A stretch of DNA of 64,000 nucleotides from Octopus sinensis (taxonomy: Eukaryota): NCBI RefSeq assembly GCF_006345805.1, contig NC_042998.1, forward strand, positions 204,166,001 through 204,230,000. Reading direction: 5' to 3'. Position 1 is the stretch's first letter; the number at the start of each line of letters is the position of its first letter. The position numbers were made by a program, and so were the translations under genes. This document shows, piece by piece, positions 61,831 to 64,000 of the stretch. Below the pieces are notes generated by a model, which made no database searches, was not told the DNA's origin, and worked only from the letters and a program-made list of their open reading frames with translations.

Positions 61831-62629
61831 ATGAAGAATTCAATAGCTTTGCCACCATTATTATTAAAACAGTGTTTGAAATATAAATTATTGGTGAAAT
61901 GTTGATTGGCAGTTTTATCCCTTTTGATCCCTTTTGACAGAAGAGCTAGTCTCAGGTGGGTCACTATCAAAAGGGTTCAGGATGGCTTTTAACCATTCAA
62001 ATTTACCAAACATACTGTGGTCTCTTCTTCAAAGTTTGTTCTTCACATTTTCAGCCATTTATTTCTAGTGGTTTTTATTTTTAAACAAATTTATTTATCC
62101 ATTTCCTTTCAATCAAGTCAAATTTAGCAATTCATTCAAAATCCATTAATCTAACCTTTGGCTCATCACTACCGATATTGATTGCTAATCCACCACCATT
62201 ACCACCACCACTGCCACCACCACCTCACTACTACTACTAATTGTTTTATAAAATAATTCATTGGATGTTGGTGGAAATTTATGTCAAGAAAAATAATTAA
62301 AAGACTTCTAAGATGTTTCAGCTCTTTATTTATGTTCTGAAATTAAAGAACCCACCATAGAATTTAGTGTTAAAAATTAGGTTTAAGTTGAGGCTTCTTT
62401 TAAAATTGTGGTTTTTGCCTCTAAGTAAGATTATAAAAATAATTCTAAATAAATCTTTCACTTTCATCTTTAAATCCAATTTTTTTGTCGTTTCTTGTTA
62501 TTTCTAATCAGTTGAGAGAGAGATTGACTAAAGTTGACTCAATTATAACAGCAGACATTATAATTTCCAATTTATGGCAGAAAAGAGAGCTGCTGCTTGG
62601 AGTCGACTATGTTCAGTTGTATAATCCTT

Positions 62630-63020
62630 TCTACTCTAGGCACAAGGCCTGAAAATTTTGGGGAGGGGCTCATTCCATTACATCGATCCCAGTACGCAAC
62701 TGGTACTTAATTTATCAACCCCGAAAGGATGAAAAGCAAAGTCGATCTTGGCAGAATTTGAACTCATAACGTAGCAACAGGCGAAATACCTATTTCTTTA
62801 CTACCCACAAGGGGCTAAACACAGAGAGGACAAACAAGGACAGACAAATGGATTAAATCGATTACATCGATCCCCAGTGCGTAACTGGTACTTATTTAAT
62901 CGACCCCGAAAGGATGAAAGGCAAAGTCGACCTCGGCGGAGTTTGAACTCAGCATGTAGTGGCAGACGAAATACCGCTGAGCATTTTGCCCAGTGCGCTA
63001 CCGGTTCTGCCAGCTCACTG
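62630..63020 (-). mobile_element. SINE family B dimer
   Basis: Same dimer architecture. Confidence 0.85.
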
Positions 63021-63709
63021 CCTTGTTCTGTTGTACAATCATTAATGTTATCATCTGGCAAGCTGGAAAGACAGGGTTCAATTCCACTCAAGGCCGTGGT
63101 TTATTTCTATCCCAATTTGGTGGTTATAATATTAACAATTAACTAATATTAGTGAAGATGTGTCACAGAGCAGTGAAGGTGTTACACTCACAACTGTTAG
63201 ATCATAGGTTCAATTCCAGACTGGGTGACATGTGTTTTTAAGCAAAATACTTCATTTCATGTCACTCTACTGCTGTGTGGAGACTGGTGCATCAAAGAAT
63301 AGACCCAATGTTTACTCTGCTTGTCATAAAGGGCAGCTAAAAAAAAAGTTGAAGTGATATTTGCACTCTGACCTCATAAAACCCTCACCAGCAGCAACTA
63401 CCCAACCAGACCCATGGTTTGGAGGGTTGCCACCTGAGTGATGCAAAGGTGTCACCCGCCAGGAATAGGGAACCACAAACAAATGGTGGATGCAGCGATG
63501 CATTCTTACAGCGCATGGCCCCATACTACTACTACTAATAGTACTATTAATACTACTAATCAATCACTGGATAAACTATATTGATTATACTTTTAGAATT
63601 ATCTGACAATGGATTATCCTGCAGACTTATGCACAGTCAAACTGAACATTAAATTATTGTGTTTATGCGTGAGTGTGTAATATGTGTATGTGTAGAACAT
63701 GTTTGATCA

Positions 63710-64000
63710 TCACATCATCGTTTAACGTCCGCTTTCCATGCTAGCATGGGTTGGACGATTTGACTGAGGTCTGGCGAACCAGACTCCAGTCTGATCTGGC
63801 AGAGTTTCTACAGCTGGATGCCCTTCCTAATGCCAACCAGTCCATGAGTGTAGTGGGTGCTTTTTATGTGCCACCGGCACGGGGGCCAGTCAGGCGGTAC
63901 TGGCAATGACCTCCCTCAAATCTTCTTACACATGCTACCAGCTGGTAACGATCACGCTCGAATGGTGTCTTTTACATGCCACTGGCACGGGGGTCCAGAT
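63710..64000 (-). mobile_element. Family C, running off the window end (another degenerate copy at 1450-1640)
   Basis: Homology to the other copies. Confidence 0.85.

Noticed and set aside
6755-63091. ORFs overlapping SINE families A, B and C (e.g. 6755-7044, 17267-17757, 20150-20623, 62801-63091)
   Set aside because: They are recurrent translations of non-coding repeats.

Overview
AT-rich eukaryotic nuclear DNA. It is almost certainly octopus (Octopus sp.), inferred from my recognition of the SINE families and the (TA)n/(TG)n/(ATCT)n microsatellite load; no database search was run. The window is mostly repeats. These include tRNA-derived SINE families, labelled here A (CORE-like, with an internal microsatellite), B (often dimeric) and D, plus family C, which carries a (GAT)n tail. 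There are also fragments of CR1-clade and Copia retroelements, two mariner relics, hAT and piggyBac-type MITEs with TSDs, and many foldback hairpins. Nearly all ORFs in the supplied track are microsatellite or SINE artefacts. A few splice-site-bounded open stretches on the minus strand may be exons of an unidentified gene. The most striking observation is minimal type-I hammerhead ribozyme motifs of the kind known from Penelope-like elements, found in two unrelated short repeat families. Family E has a tRNA-Ser-like Pol III head followed by a hammerhead-containing tail and occurs as head-to-head inverted dimers (3 loci). Family F is a ~200-bp (TA)n-associated element (4 loci). No CRISPR, rRNA or intact tRNA gene was found. 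SINE coordinates are approximate (about +/-10-20 bp).
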